Translations under genes and position numbers: made by a program
The notes under the pieces: model-generated
What the model was told of the DNA's origin: nothing
Database searches by the model: none
What the model saw: the letters and a program-made list of their open reading frames with translations, nothing else
Shown: piece after piece, positions 14,356 through 26,753 of the stretch
Layout of the letters: every line of letters starts with the position of its first letter
How positions within the stretch are numbered: the stretch's first letter is position 1
DNA from: Octopus vulgaris
Lineage: Eukaryota
Length of the DNA stretch: 64,000 bases
Direction of reading: 5' to 3'
Assembly: GCA_951406725.2 (NCBI GenBank)
Contig: OX597815.1
Location: forward strand, 203,980,001 to 204,044,000

Positions 14356-14827
14356 TATATTGTGAGTCTGTGTGTATGTATGTGCGTGTCTGTGTATGTT
14401 GTTGTTGACTCTCCTGTCAGACGATAGAGGAGACCTCAGCAATATCTCTTTGAACAACTTGCAGATGGAGGCTTGTCTATAATAGTCAGATGTTTATTCT
14501 TCACACTAGCTTACTCCTTACCATTAAATCTACATTGACTGTACCGGGGAACGGTACAACACCTTAGAAATCGAAGTGATCGCAGAGCAACGCGACAGGT
14601 AATGTTTAGCTGAAGAACACAACACATCGCCCAGCCAAGCAACAGAAACCGCAACCTCACGTGCAAAACTCTAACTGCTAGGCCAAGCGGTGTAATTATG
14701 CATTTGTATATGTGTAGATGTATGTAGTTTTATATATATATATATATATATATCAAAATGTACCGCTGGTACCGCTGGCGATTTTTTTTCCTCTGTCTTC
14801 CCTTCTCGGGATCTTTCCTTCTCCTAT

Positions 14828-14862
14828 GTTTCCGACGAAGAGCTCCGCTCGAAACGTTAAAC
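14828..14862 (+). ncRNA. Minimal type I hammerhead-like motif in a (TA)n-flanked element (14755-14963)
   Basis: GTTT-CCGACGAA-GAGC tcc GCTC-GAA-ACGT-T-AAAC. Confidence 0.65.
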
Positions 14863-14959
14863 CCTCCTTCTTTCTTTCTTTCCTGAGCGTCCAATAATAC
14901 TATATTTGTTCCACGTCCTCGCGTTGTTGTGTTTTTTTTTTGTGCTTTCATGTTTGGAT

Positions 14960-15071
<112 letters not shown>

Positions 15072-15689
15072 CATATTTATCTTTATATATATATACGTAT
15101 ATATATGTATATATATATATACATACATACACACACACATATATATATGTGTATATATACATATACATATATATATATATATATATATATTACCTATATA
15201 ATATATCATATGATATGCGAGAGCGAGTGCATATCTGGGTGCATGTGTACGTGCACAACAATAAATATTGAAACAAGCACGCAGGCGCTAATATGACATA
15301 TGCGCACATCACACATACGTGGATGCGTGTGCATGTGTGTGTGTATCTGTGCGTGTGTGTATGTGTGTGTATCTGTGCGCGTGTGTGTGTATCTGTGCAT
15401 GTGTGTGTGTGTGTACTAAGATAAGGAGAGAGAAACGGGAAAGATAATATTCCTTTGTCGTTTTTTATCTATATAAAAGGTAAGCTAAATCAGGCCGTAT
15501 CTATGGATAAAAGAAAAAAATCTTAGAATTCCATATTGCACTCCATTTGACAACCAAGTGATCAACCGTATAATTTAGGTCAGTTGTTTTTCAATCTGGC
15601 TATTCAAAGCAAACGGTGCTGTCTAATCGCACAGCATTCCACTTCAAAGTGTTCCACTAAACCAGTAGAAAGATTGATAGAGATTAGAG

Positions 15690-15799
15690 GAAGAAGAAGA
15701 AGAAGAAGAAGAAGAAGAAGAAGAAGAAGAAGAAGAAGAAGAAGAAGAAGAAGAAGAAGAAGAAGAAGAAGAAGAAGAAGAAGAAGGAGAAGAAGAAGG

Positions 15800-15832
<33 letters not shown>

Positions 15833-15856
15833 AGAAGAAGAAGAAGAAGAAGAAGA
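15690..15856. repeat. (GAA)n microsatellite
   Basis: Direct observation. Confidence 0.95.
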
Positions 15857-16499
15857 AACGAACCAAGGAATACGAAGTAAATAACTCAATGGGAAGAATG
15901 AAGTAAGAACGAAATAAAAAAAAATAATGTAAGTAAAGAAAAACGGTAGAGGAAAGAAAGAAATAAAACATTTTCTTTGTTCTTTTATTTTTTTGATAGT
16001 TTGGCCATCCTATCAAATTGTTTAATGCATAAGTATTCCAAACAAAATCACTTTTGTGGAGAGAGGACACAAACACTGACCTCTGTCTCTACTAGTATAC
16101 ATCAACAGGACTAAAATATTACATCATTTGAACATAATTTACCATTTTTGAAAAGTTACAAGTTTTACAGAGCATTTTTTTCAGACGCGTTAAGCAGTTC
16201 TTTTCATTCGATTTGTTTGAAGAAAAATCTCAAATACATTTAAGCGCACGATCCCACTTCACTTTAATGTTCACCAGAATATGTGTGCGTGTGTATGTGA
16301 ACATGTGTGTGTGTGTGTGAACATGCGTGTGTGTGTGTGAACACGCGTGTGTGTGTGTGAACATGCGTGTGTGTGTGTGTGTGTGTATGTGTGTATGTAG
16401 AAAGAAAGATATAGAAGAATTGGTTGTGTATAGGTACAAGTTCAATGGCATATTGTTAGATGGCCTTGCTGGCTTGAAACGACAGGAGGTACTTTCGTA

Positions 16500-17110
16500 C
16501 TTGTTAGTTAGTTAGTTAGTTAATTTTTTGGCTCAAAAAGCAAAAAGCAAGGCCATGTAGGGGGACATGGAGTTATGTACAGGGTGGTGTTCATGTAAAG
16601 AGTTCAGGCCACTTGAACCGAGCGGTTGTCGGCATCTTCACCATCTCGTCTGGCAGCTTATTCCACCGATCCGCAACCCGGATGGAGAAAGCCCCTCTCC
16701 TTCGATTGAGATGAAATCGTCGCAGATAGAGCTTTTCGGAATGACCCCGCAGCCGACGCTCTGGAGCAGGAGTGAAGAACAGCTCTTTCGAGAAGTTACA
16801 CTTTCCGCTTATGATGCTGTGAGCAAGAATGAGATCACCACGGCGTCGTTGTTTTTCTAGAGAATAAAGGTCGAGCGTCTTCAGCCTATAAGACAAATTC
16901 TTGAGTCCAAGAACCATGATGCCACTTCGACTCTTCGAGATGCTGTATGTCTTTGAGGAGATAAGGAGAAGAGGCTTGAATCCCGTACTCCAATATGGGT
17001 CTCACCAGCGTGACATAGAGTGTATACAAGAAGCTGAATCTGGTGGTTAGAAAGGGACATTTTTTGAGAAAATTTATCAAGTGTATGCAGGTTAGAGTTG
17101 TATATCATGC
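16500..17110 (-). mobile_element. CR1-type LINE 3' fragment with (TAAC)n tail
   Basis: LYVTLVRPILEY, LYSLEKQRRRGDLI, LRGHSEKL, FSIRVADRWNKLP motifs; short tandem tail at 16502-16522. Confidence 0.85.
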
Positions 17111-17759
17111 AGTCAGCAGAAGCAAAGACTTTTTTGTACCGCAGTTTTTCTCACAGAATTTGAGAAATGATGTAGAAGGAAAAAAGTTCTGCAAAATTGC
17201 TGATTATCATTTTGTCAAATGACGAGAATTGCTGATATACAGAAGCGGTTCAGTTAGTGACCTTGCAGTAGTTGCAGTGCTGATTAAACGCTATCTAGAT
17301 TTTGGGTGTTGATGACTCTCTTCAAGTATGATGGAGTACTTACGGGACATGCTACATTTAGTTTTTGATCTTTGCATGATGTGAAGAGACATACATAACT
17401 AAATAGTTTTAATCATACGACTGTATCCGATGGCTCAAGAGTGAAGCTGATCTCCTGGCAGGATTATTGTGCATGTAACTCACAAAGTACAGCCTATAAC
17501 TAGTTTGACTGATCATCTGAAAACGCTCAACTTTCTATTCCCTACAGCACTCCTTTCCCATTATATATAATTATAACCACTGTTATCTTAGTTCCACCGG
17601 TTACTGCTTCTTCTTATTCAAGTTTTATGTTTCTTTCTCTTCCATTATCGTGTATTCGTTTTTTATTTTCGTTTTTTTTGTGTGCCACTCTGTTTCTGCT
17701 TTTTCCATGCTAACCACGTCCTCTCGCAGTTTTCTTGCCCTATAATTATTATTTCTTTG

Positions 17760-18296
17760 TGAAGTATATTTGCCACCTAAATGTGGCTAACCATTAAGGG
17801 TTAATGCTACTGTAGCTTGTAGCCCCAGGAAGACATCTCCTCCAGCTGGCTATTGACACACTGTCTGTGCCCTATCAGTATTTGCAAAGGGCAGTCATCG
17901 TTCCCATCTCCAGCCTGACGTGATACACACGGACCCGAGTTTCTGCGTATTGACCCATCATCAGCGTGTGACAACCACCGGTTGCGGGGAAATAATTCTC
18001 AATGCAAATATACATGTACTGTTTCCAGTGACGAAAATCACAGCTCTCGAAAAAGTGAAAACTAGCAATAATAAATCTCTGAACGAGGTATAAACAGTAG
18101 CTGCACATCATGAAGTATATTTGCCACTTAAATGTGGCTAACCCTTAAGGGTTGATGCTACTGTAGCTTGTAGCCCCAGGAAGATATCTCCTGCAGCTGG
18201 CTATTGACACACTGTATGTGCCATATCAGTATTTGCAAAGGGAAGTCATCGTTCCCATCTCTAGCTTGACGTGATACACACGGACCCGGGTTTCTG
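17760..18296 (-). mobile_element. Retrozyme/Penelope-pLTR-like element: 1.5 head-to-tail copies of a 351-bp unit
   Basis: 17760-17945 is repeated at 18111-18296; the unit carries a hammerhead ribozyme. Confidence 0.85.
17926..17970 (-). ncRNA. Hammerhead ribozyme, minimal type I, canonical core, GUC site
   Basis: Minus strand CACACG-CUGAUGA-UGGGU caau ACGCA-GAA-ACUCGGGU-C-CGUGUG; the second copy has the perfect palindrome ACCCGGGU. Confidence 0.85.
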
Positions 18297-20318
18297 TTGT
18301 AGATTTTCTAAACATTGTCAGCAATAGGTTTCTGCATCATCCGAATCTAAATTCAGCAAAATCAAAAGAAGCCAACGATGGAGTTTCTTAGACGTTGCAC
18401 GACCTACTAGAAATAATAGTTAATTTTTCGTCGGAGATATACTGCACCACGACAAAGGCACATTGAATAATATAATCCATGTTACATTGCATCTGAAAAA
18501 ACAAATTATTATTGAAATGCGTTCTGATCAGGTATGTCTGATCAGAGCTGACCTAAAGTTAAGCAACACGACAACATCTGTGGGGAAGTAAAGTGAAGCG
18601 TCACAGATTGTGGTGTCGGGGGGTTAACACATGATTTAAACTTTCAGGAACGAAAATATCATAAACATATCAATGTGTAGAAGCAAAATTTATTGGTTTC
18701 TAGATCAAACGAGCGAATGACAAACCTGACCGCGACAAGGATTGAACACAGAACCCGGAGAGCCAAGAGAAATACTAAAAAGGTCTGCTGAAGAAAGACA
18801 AAGAACATCAACTTTATAAAGCGGACAAGAGAGAAGTTACATATGCAATACTCTTTTTCTGAAAATTACTATCAATTAGCAAATGGATCGATTACATCTG
18901 AGTACAAACAATGCAATGATTATCAAACTACTTAACGAAAAAATATCTAAGTATTATCTAGTATTGTCAAAGAGTTTGTTGAAATGTATATCGCAGCAAC
19001 ATAGTTTTAAATGTCGAAACCTTGAGAAAACATTTTTCCCATCGCTCAGTTACGTATATTTGAATAGATATTCAAATACTATTTTAGATATGCTGCTACA
19101 ATTTGTTGCTCTGTCAAATCTTTTCCGAGTCGGTCAACCACCGATGTCAAACAGAAAAGATGACAGTTGTTGGTTTTGCTTATCTGTAACGAGTTGCAAT
19201 AAAATACTACTAACATAGCATCTCACTGTGTTTTTCTGCGGTTTGTGTATATATTACATTTTTTTCTCAACTACTTCAGATTGCGTGCGTTTACTATTTC
19301 TTAGTCATTTATTTATTTATTTGCCTGTCTTTAAAATGCTATTCAACACACAAAACAAACGGCATCGCCTCTCTGCTTCTTGGTCGCCATATGCTCTCAA
19401 AAGTTATGATCATTATATAAGAATCTTTCAATCGATTAGTTCCCAAGCCTAGGAGAAAGAAACTATTAAAATAGCATTACGACATTCAACTGAAACCCTA
19501 ATTCACCTAGAATTTCTTTTGACTGCATTTCTAAGAAGTCGGTTTACGGACAGAAGGGCCTATAGCCTATATATTATCATGTAAACTGTAGTTTAGTCGT
19601 GCTCAGTATAAATAACGTGGAGCATTAGGCTTAAGTGGGAGTAATGTAAATGTAGCCCTGTATCTCTTTTCATCCCAAAATTGGTGATTATAATATCTGT
19701 TACCCCATTGCGTTGAAAAAAGTTGAATTTAATTTATTTGTGGCTAACATCGAATCTGGGTGAGGCACCTTGTTTTTATGTTGGGATTAAGTGTTCATAA
19801 AATGTAATATTTCTATAAAGAGCTTAACTTCTATTTTACCATCAAGTGACAAATTATCGTGCCAGGATTAAAAAGAATGCGCAGTTTAGAAAAAATGGAA
19901 ATATAGATTGAAGTACCATTGGTACTCATGAGTGAGTCAAATAGAGAGGGAGAGAGACAAACATACAGACAGAAAGAGAGTAAGGGAGAGAGAGGCGCTA
20001 GTGGTGATAGTGTTTTGCACATTCTTTAGTAATTTACAGAGGTAACACGTGATACATACATCTGCTCATTGTTATTAATAATGACATACATACATACGTA
20101 CATACATACATACATACATACATACATACAAGCATGCATACATATATACGTACATACAACAAGATCCTTTCCTTCACAGCCTTGCTACCAAGCAGGCGGC
20201 CGACCAAAATTTATTATAAATTCAAAAAAGGGAAAGACCACATACATATGTGAATGCACACACACACACAGATAGATAGATAGACATACATACATACATA
20301 CATACATACATACATACA

Positions 20319-20347
<29 letters not shown>

Positions 20348-20349
<2 letters not shown>

Positions 20350-20579
20350 TTCTTTACTGCCCTCAAGGGGCTAAACAGAGAGGGGACAAACAAGGACAGG
20401 CGAAGGGATTGAGTCGATTATATCGATCCCTGTGCGAAACTGGTACTTAATTTATCGACCCCGAAAGGATGAAAGGCAAAGTCGACCTCGGCGGAATTTG
20501 AACTCAGAACGTAGCGGCAGACGAAATACCGCTGAGCACTTCGCCCGGCGCGCTACCGTGTCTGCCAGCTCACTGCCTT
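20348..20579 (-). mobile_element. tRNA-derived SINE, family B
   Basis: GAGTTCAAATTCC B box and GCCTTTCATCCTTTCGGGGTCGATAAATTAAGTACCAG central domain (resembles Meta/MESC domain); multiple copies in the window. Confidence 0.85.
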
Positions 20580-21448
20580 ACATACACTCATATAGGTGCT
20601 TTGGACAAATGTCTCCTACTATAGCACTGATTCGACGAATGCTCTAAGAGTGAATTTCGTGTGGAAGCTCGTCGTGTATGCAAATGCTTATGTGCGCGTG
20701 TCTTTGTGTCTCCCCACCAGCACCACCACCACCCGCTTGAGAACCTCTATTAATTTGTACATATCCTCGTTACTTAGAGTTTCGGCAAAAGGACCAGATA
20801 GAGTAAAGACAAGACTTTAAAATAAATAGGCATTAGAGTCGATTTAATCTACTAAAACCCTGAAAATGTTGCTCCAGTATGGCTGCAATGTAATAACTGA
20901 AGCAAATAAAGGAACAGAAGAGAATATAAATTGTATAGCTGACACTTTATTCGTGTTTTGACATATAACTGTGAAAATAGCAAAAACAAAAAGGTTATTT
21001 TTGGTGAAACGGAGTACGACATGCATAAAATGCATCAATAACTCACCAGCAGGTTTTATGAGGAATGTCAAGGTGAGGCCAATAACTTAAATATTTCCGT
21101 TGTTATTCAGACAGGTCTTTCAGTCACCAACTTGTTATAGGTGAGCTTTCAAAGATAAAGGTTCAACAGCTAACAGGGATTTGTGTTCATTTTTAGGTCA
21201 CATAAACCAATAATAAAGTGTGACGTTAAAAACCACTGTGTTGCAGTGGGTTTGCTTTATTATAAGCTTTTGTTGTCTTCGGTTGAATAAAACCATTTGA
21301 GGTTTTATAGTTCTTTTCTTTTTCTTTCTTTCTTTCTTTTATTTTTATTTCTTCCCTTTTTAATCCAGTGGCACCCTATTCCTCGTAGTTTAGCAACTTC
21401 TTTCTTGTCTATTTCCAGATCACAATCTAAACTGTGAAAGGTAAATAT

Positions 21449-21816
21449 AGGCGCAGGAGTGGCTGTGTGGTATGTAGCTTGCTAACCAACCACATGGTTC
21501 CGGGTTCAGTCCCACTGCGTGGCATCTTGGGCAAGTGTCTTCTGCTATAGCCCCGGGCCGACCAATGCCTTGTGAGTGGATTTGGTAGATGGAAACTGAA
21601 AGAAGCCTGTCGTATATATGTATATATATATAAGTGTGTGTGTATATGTTTGTGTGTCTGTGTTTGTCCCCCTAGCATTGCTTGACAACCGATGCTGGTG
21701 TGTTTACGTCCCCGTCACTTAGCGGCTCGCCAAAAGTGACCGATAGAATAAGTACTAGGCTTACAAAGAATAAGTCCCGGGGTCGATTTGCTCGACTAAA
21801 GGCGGTGCTCCAGCAT
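21449..21816 (+). mobile_element. tRNA-derived SINE, family A (3' truncated)
   Basis: Matches other family A copies. Confidence 0.9.
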
Positions 21817-21835
21817 GTGTGTGTGTGTGTGTTTA

Positions 21836-22133
21836 GGCACATGGACTAGTGATTAGAGCAGCGGACTCGCAGTCGAGGGATCGCGGGTTCGAATCTCAGA
21901 CCGGGCGTTGTGTGTGTTTATGAGCGAAACACCTAAGCTCCCCGCGGCTCCGGCAGAAGGTAATGGCGAACTTCTGCTGACTCTTTCGCCGCAACTTTCT
22001 CTCACTCTTTCCTCCTGCATTTTGCAGCTCACCTGCGACGGACCGGCGTCCCGTCCAGGTGGGGAACCTACACGCCAAGGAAACTGGGAAACAGGCCCTT
22101 ATGGGCCAGGCATGGCTCGAGAAGGAACAAACA
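21836..22133 (+). mobile_element. tRNA-derived SINE, family C (V-domain-like)
   Basis: A box TGGACTAGTG, B box GGTTCGAATC, and GCGACGGACCGGCGTCCCGTCCAGG resembling the V-SINE domain. Confidence 0.8.
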
Positions 22134-22166
22134 TATATATAAATAAATATATATATATATATATAC

Positions 22167-22251
<85 letters not shown>

Positions 22252-22389
22252 TGTATATATATATATGCACATATATAAACACATATATATGTATAGAGAA
22301 ATAGATGCACACACATACATAAATATAATATATATAGAGTACGCATATAAAAGTTCCTATCTTATTATGTCGGCTACGGCATAATGATA

Positions 22390-22574
22390 ACAATTGCAGC
22401 GTGGAAGGTGTTTGTAAGCCATTTAAGAAACACACAAAAGCCGTTCACTTCACTTCAACATTTAAGTTTAATTTGTCAAAATATTTTCGTCGCTATAAGA
22501 CCGCGCTGCAATTGTTTTCGTTCCAGCACACGATCTCAGATCAAATCACTTGCTATGCAAGTACATCTCCGTAA
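22390..22574. mobile_element. Inverted HHR-family element (same family as 40608-40895) with a 12-bp TSD
   Basis: Two pieces of one element in opposite orientation; flanked by GGCATAATGATA (22378-22389) and GGCCTAATGATA (22575-22586). Confidence 0.75.
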
Positions 22575-22699
22575 GGCCTAATGATACCAACTTGCAAAAG
22601 TAGTTTTATGGGGTAGTAGTGAGGCGTACCGATATAATGTAAGATAAATATGGTAATAATAATTTCTACTCTAGGTACAAGGCCTTGAAAATTTTGGGG

Positions 22700-23400
22700 G
22701 GAAGGGGGTTACTCGATTACATCGACCCCAGAGCGTAACTGGTACTTATTTCATCGAAAGCAAAGTCAACCACGGCGAAATTTGAACTCAGAACGTAGCG
22801 GCAGACGAAATACCAATTTCTTTACGACCCGCAAGGGGCTAAACACAGAGGGAACAAACAAAGACAGACATGTGGATTAAGTCGATTAGATCGACCCCAG
22901 TGCGTAACTGGTATTTAATTTATCGACCCCAAAAGGATGAAAGGCAAAGTCGACCTCGGCGGAATTTGAACTCAGAACGTAGCGGCAGACGAAATACCTA
23001 TTTCTTTACGACCCGCAAGGGGCTAAACACAGAGGGGACAAACAAGGACAGACAAATGGATTAAGTCGATTAGATCGACCCCAGTGCGTAACTGGTGTTT
23101 AATTTATCGACCCCAAAAGGATGAAAGGCAAAGTCGACCTCGGCGGAATTTGAACTCAGAACGAAATACCTATTTCTTTACGGCCCGCAAGGGGCTAAAC
23201 ACAGAGGGGACAAACAAGGACAGACAAATGGCTTAAGTCGATTAGATCGACCCCAGTGCGTAACTGGTATTTAATTTATCGACCCCAAAAGGATGAAAGG
23301 CAAAGTCGACCTCGGCGAAATTTGAACTCAGAACGTAACGGCAGACGAAATATGGCTACGCATTCCGCCCGGCGTGCTGACGTTTCTGCCAGCTCGCTCC
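22700..23400 (-). mobile_element. SINE family B concatemer
   Basis: Head at ~23400 followed by headless ~172-185-bp bodies, joined at GACGAAATACCTATTTCTTTA-type junctions. Confidence 0.85.
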
Positions 23401-23649
23401 ACATAAATAAAGTAATGATAATAATAATGATAATTCAAAGATGGAATTTATAAATATGTTATAAATAATGCATTGTTACACACGTTTCCACAAATCACGT
23501 TTCTTGATCGCAAAAACAACGGGGAGTGTGTAAACGCGCGTAGCGATGAATTAAAATATTTATAAATACCATTCATGGATTATTATTAGTATTACAAAAT
23601 ATGTCTGTGTGTATGTATATATACATATATATATATGTATGTATGTATG

Positions 23650-23727
<78 letters not shown>

Positions 23728-23732
<5 letters not shown>

Positions 23733-24187
23733 AATATTAGGAAATAAATCCAAACTTACAGAGAAAAATCAGATTTAGGATTGAATCCAATTTTATAGTA
23801 AAATATTATATTATATTAAATTAGAGACAAAACCACTATTAGGCAAATCAAACAATGAAAAACTTAAGCCAATACAGAAGATTATTTAATTTATATTATT
23901 TAAATATATAACAAAATTATTAAACAAATATAATTAATATCACACTACGATCGTTTAAACCTCGCCAAGATAAATATTTAAACCACTTGATGAATGACTG
24001 TGACTCGAAAATTTGAAGAAGTTAGCAGCCATGAAACGATCGTAGTGTGATATTAATTATATTTTTTTAATAATTTTGTTATATATTTAAATAATATAAA
24101 TTAAATAATCTTATGTATTGGCTTAAGTTTTTTTCATTGTTTGATTTGCCTAATAGTGGTTTTGTCTCTAATTTAATATAATATATA
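23728..24187. mobile_element. Fold-back element (~150-bp arms 23807-23956 / 24034-24187) next to (TA)n, with an HHR at the turn
   Basis: Arms are reverse complements; family fragments also at 41856-42122 and 57860-57960. Confidence 0.85.
23984..24047 (+). ncRNA. Hammerhead ribozyme motif, type I
   Basis: CAC-TTGATGA-ATGACTG..25 nt..CAGCCAT-GAA-ACGATCGT-A-GTG. Confidence 0.7.
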
Positions 24188-24843
24188 CATACCTATACAT
24201 ACCTACACACACAAACACACACATACTCATACACATACCCACACAGGCATTCACACACATACATATATCCACAAAAGTTAAGGTTACGCATCTCCGTCGT
24301 GTGCTCAGAAACTTGCACGTGAATTTCACGAGCAGTATGTCCTGTTAATCGGATCAAATAGAAAATTTGTCGTCGTAACTGACGAAGTGCCAATGTGTAT
24401 ATGTATATATACAGACGCATTTGCGCACACACACACATGCACAGACGCACGTTCACGCACGCATGCACAGACGAGGACGCATAAATATATATGCGTGTAA
24501 CCAGATAATCACGGGTATACGTCCGCGGCCTCGATGTCTGAGGCGCGTGGCGGAGTGTTTTGTCCACGAAAAGATATTTTATTTCACGCTGTTTCGGTTT
24601 CAAATGCGGAAATCTTGTACCAGAGGTCGATAAAATGTCCACGCCTACTCGCAAAAATACATGCATCTAAAGGATTTTGCAAACACATGGCATATGTTTT
24701 TCTAAGCTCTGTAAAAGAGCGTGGCATGCTTCAAGCCAGGAACTTTTCAGCAACCCTCGTATTACGAGGTTTTATACATTTCTTTATATATGGAGATTCG
24801 AACACATCTCAAATATACATGTGTGTGTGTGCGGGTGTTGTGT

Positions 24844-24891
<48 letters not shown>

Positions 24892-25484
24892 CGGGTTGCC
24901 TCTTCGGCTGCCTCTACAAATACCTATCACGAAGTATCGGTTAATGAAATTAATTTCAACATGGAAAATTTTCGTTTGCAATGAATATTATTAAAGAAAT
25001 CTGGAACAAAGTAGCTTTTTTTTACAAGATAAAGGTGGCGGTATTTTAATATAATGTCTGAGGAATTTTTTATTTTATAAAGATTTTATTTTCAGGGTTA
25101 CATTCATTAGAATTCAAAGTAATATTATAATGAAAGCAAATCAACAAAATTTGTAATTAATAGTTTAATTCAAATTAATTTTGAGACATATGCGTAATAT
25201 CATTTTATGCTAGTATTAGTAAGGATAATCAAATTTCTAATCCTAAGAAATAAGAAGCTAATGAATTTGCGCTAACTGCCAATGAACTGAAAAAGATTAG
25301 AAAAAGAGCGACGGATACTGATTTAGCGAAATAAAATAAAAAGCAAAAACACAATAAATTTAAATATCACTTAATATTAGATTTACACACTTAAAATATT
25401 AACGAATACTAAGTTGTGCCATTTCTGGGAGATGTCGAATTGATCACATTTGAAATCGATTGCAACCATACCATATGCTATATA

Positions 25485-26753
25485 TCCGGTCATCCCATAA
25501 GTTCTGTTCGAATTTTGAATAAAGAAAACAACTGATCAAATGTTATATTTAATTGAAATTTAATCATCAATGTACTTTCCTTGATTATCTATGACTTCCT
25601 TCCATCTAATTACAAGCTTTTTAATCCCATCAATGTGAAACACTTTTGGTTTCAAAGCGAAGAACTCTGAAATGTCAGTTTCGACCACATCCTGGCTTGC
25701 GAAAGTTATGTCCCCCAAATGATTCTGTAAACTACGAAACAAATGATAGTCTGAAGGAACAAGGTTGGGAGAATAAGGTGGATGAGAAATTTTTTCCCAA
25801 CCAAGTTCTCCGATCTTCTGTGATGTGATCTTTGCAGTGTGGTGCCGCACATTGTCCTGATGAAACATCACTCCATTTCGATTCACAAAACCAGTTTTTT
25901 TTTACTTCAAAGCTTGGTTCAAACGCTCTAATTGCTGACAGTAGACTTGAGTATTGATTGTTGCATTAGGTGGTAACAATTCAAAGCGAATTACTCCTTT
26001 GCAATCCCACCAGATAGAGAGAAGAACCTTTTTCCTATGTGGCTGAGCTTTTTCCCTTTTACCAAGCCACTGCTTACGACGTTTAACATTTCGATACAAG
26101 ACTCATTTTTCATCACCAGTCACAAGTCTATCCAAAAAGTGTGAAATGAGTTCGCGAGAATGGAGAGAAGAGCAGATGTCAACTCGGGATTCGCGGTTGC
26201 TTTCGGACAATTCATGAGGCACCCATTTTCCAAATTTATGAACCTTTTCAAATTGTTGAAGATGACAATGAACAGTTGTATGGTTTGAACTAATCTTTAT
26301 TGCCAATTCGTCAACTGATAATGCAAAATTTTCTTCAGGTGATGCCTCAAGGAGCTTATCATCAAACTCAACTGGACGTCCTTTTCGATCTTCATCTTCA
26401 AGGCTGAAATCTCAACTTCTGAATTTTGCAAGCCATCTTCTGCAAGTTCTTTCATTCAAGCATCCTTTCCTATAAACTGAGTGTATGTTTCGAGTCGCTT
26501 CGGCTGCAGAGTTTCCTTTTTGTTCTCATAAAGCATTATGTGCCTCGAATGCTCTTTGGATACTTCCATGTTAGAAAGGGTTTTAATGAAAGAAATTTTA
26601 ATTCTATTATTCTGTAAAATAATATTTAATTAGTTTAAATGTACACGAATGCATAAAAATTATTTTAAATTCCATTACACATTCTAAAACACCATTAAAT
26701 TTCATTCAGTTTTAGAAAAGGTAAGATCGGACAGAACTTACGGGATGACCTGT
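25485..26753 (-). mobile_element. Full-length mariner (DD34D) transposon, ~1.27 kb, inactive
   Basis: TIRs tccggtcatcccataagttctgttcga / tcggacagaacttacgggatgacctgt with flanking TA dinucleotides. Confidence 0.92.
25560..26569 (-). pseudogene. Mariner transposase pseudogene (frameshifts and stops)
   Basis: WVPHEL, LVTGDEK, FHQDN and YSPNLVPSDY motifs spread over several frames. Confidence 0.9.

Noticed and set aside
21836-21910. tRNA-like sequence with A and B boxes
   Set aside because: SINE head continuing into a SINE body; no closed acceptor stem
22700-23400. Regularly spaced repeats suggestive of a CRISPR array
   Set aside because: Units are ~180-bp SINE bodies with no unique spacers and no cas genes; eukaryotic context
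24533-24585. CTGAGGC..GTGG/CCAC-GAA-AAGATATTTT-A hammerhead-like string
   Set aside because: A9 is missing and no stem I can form
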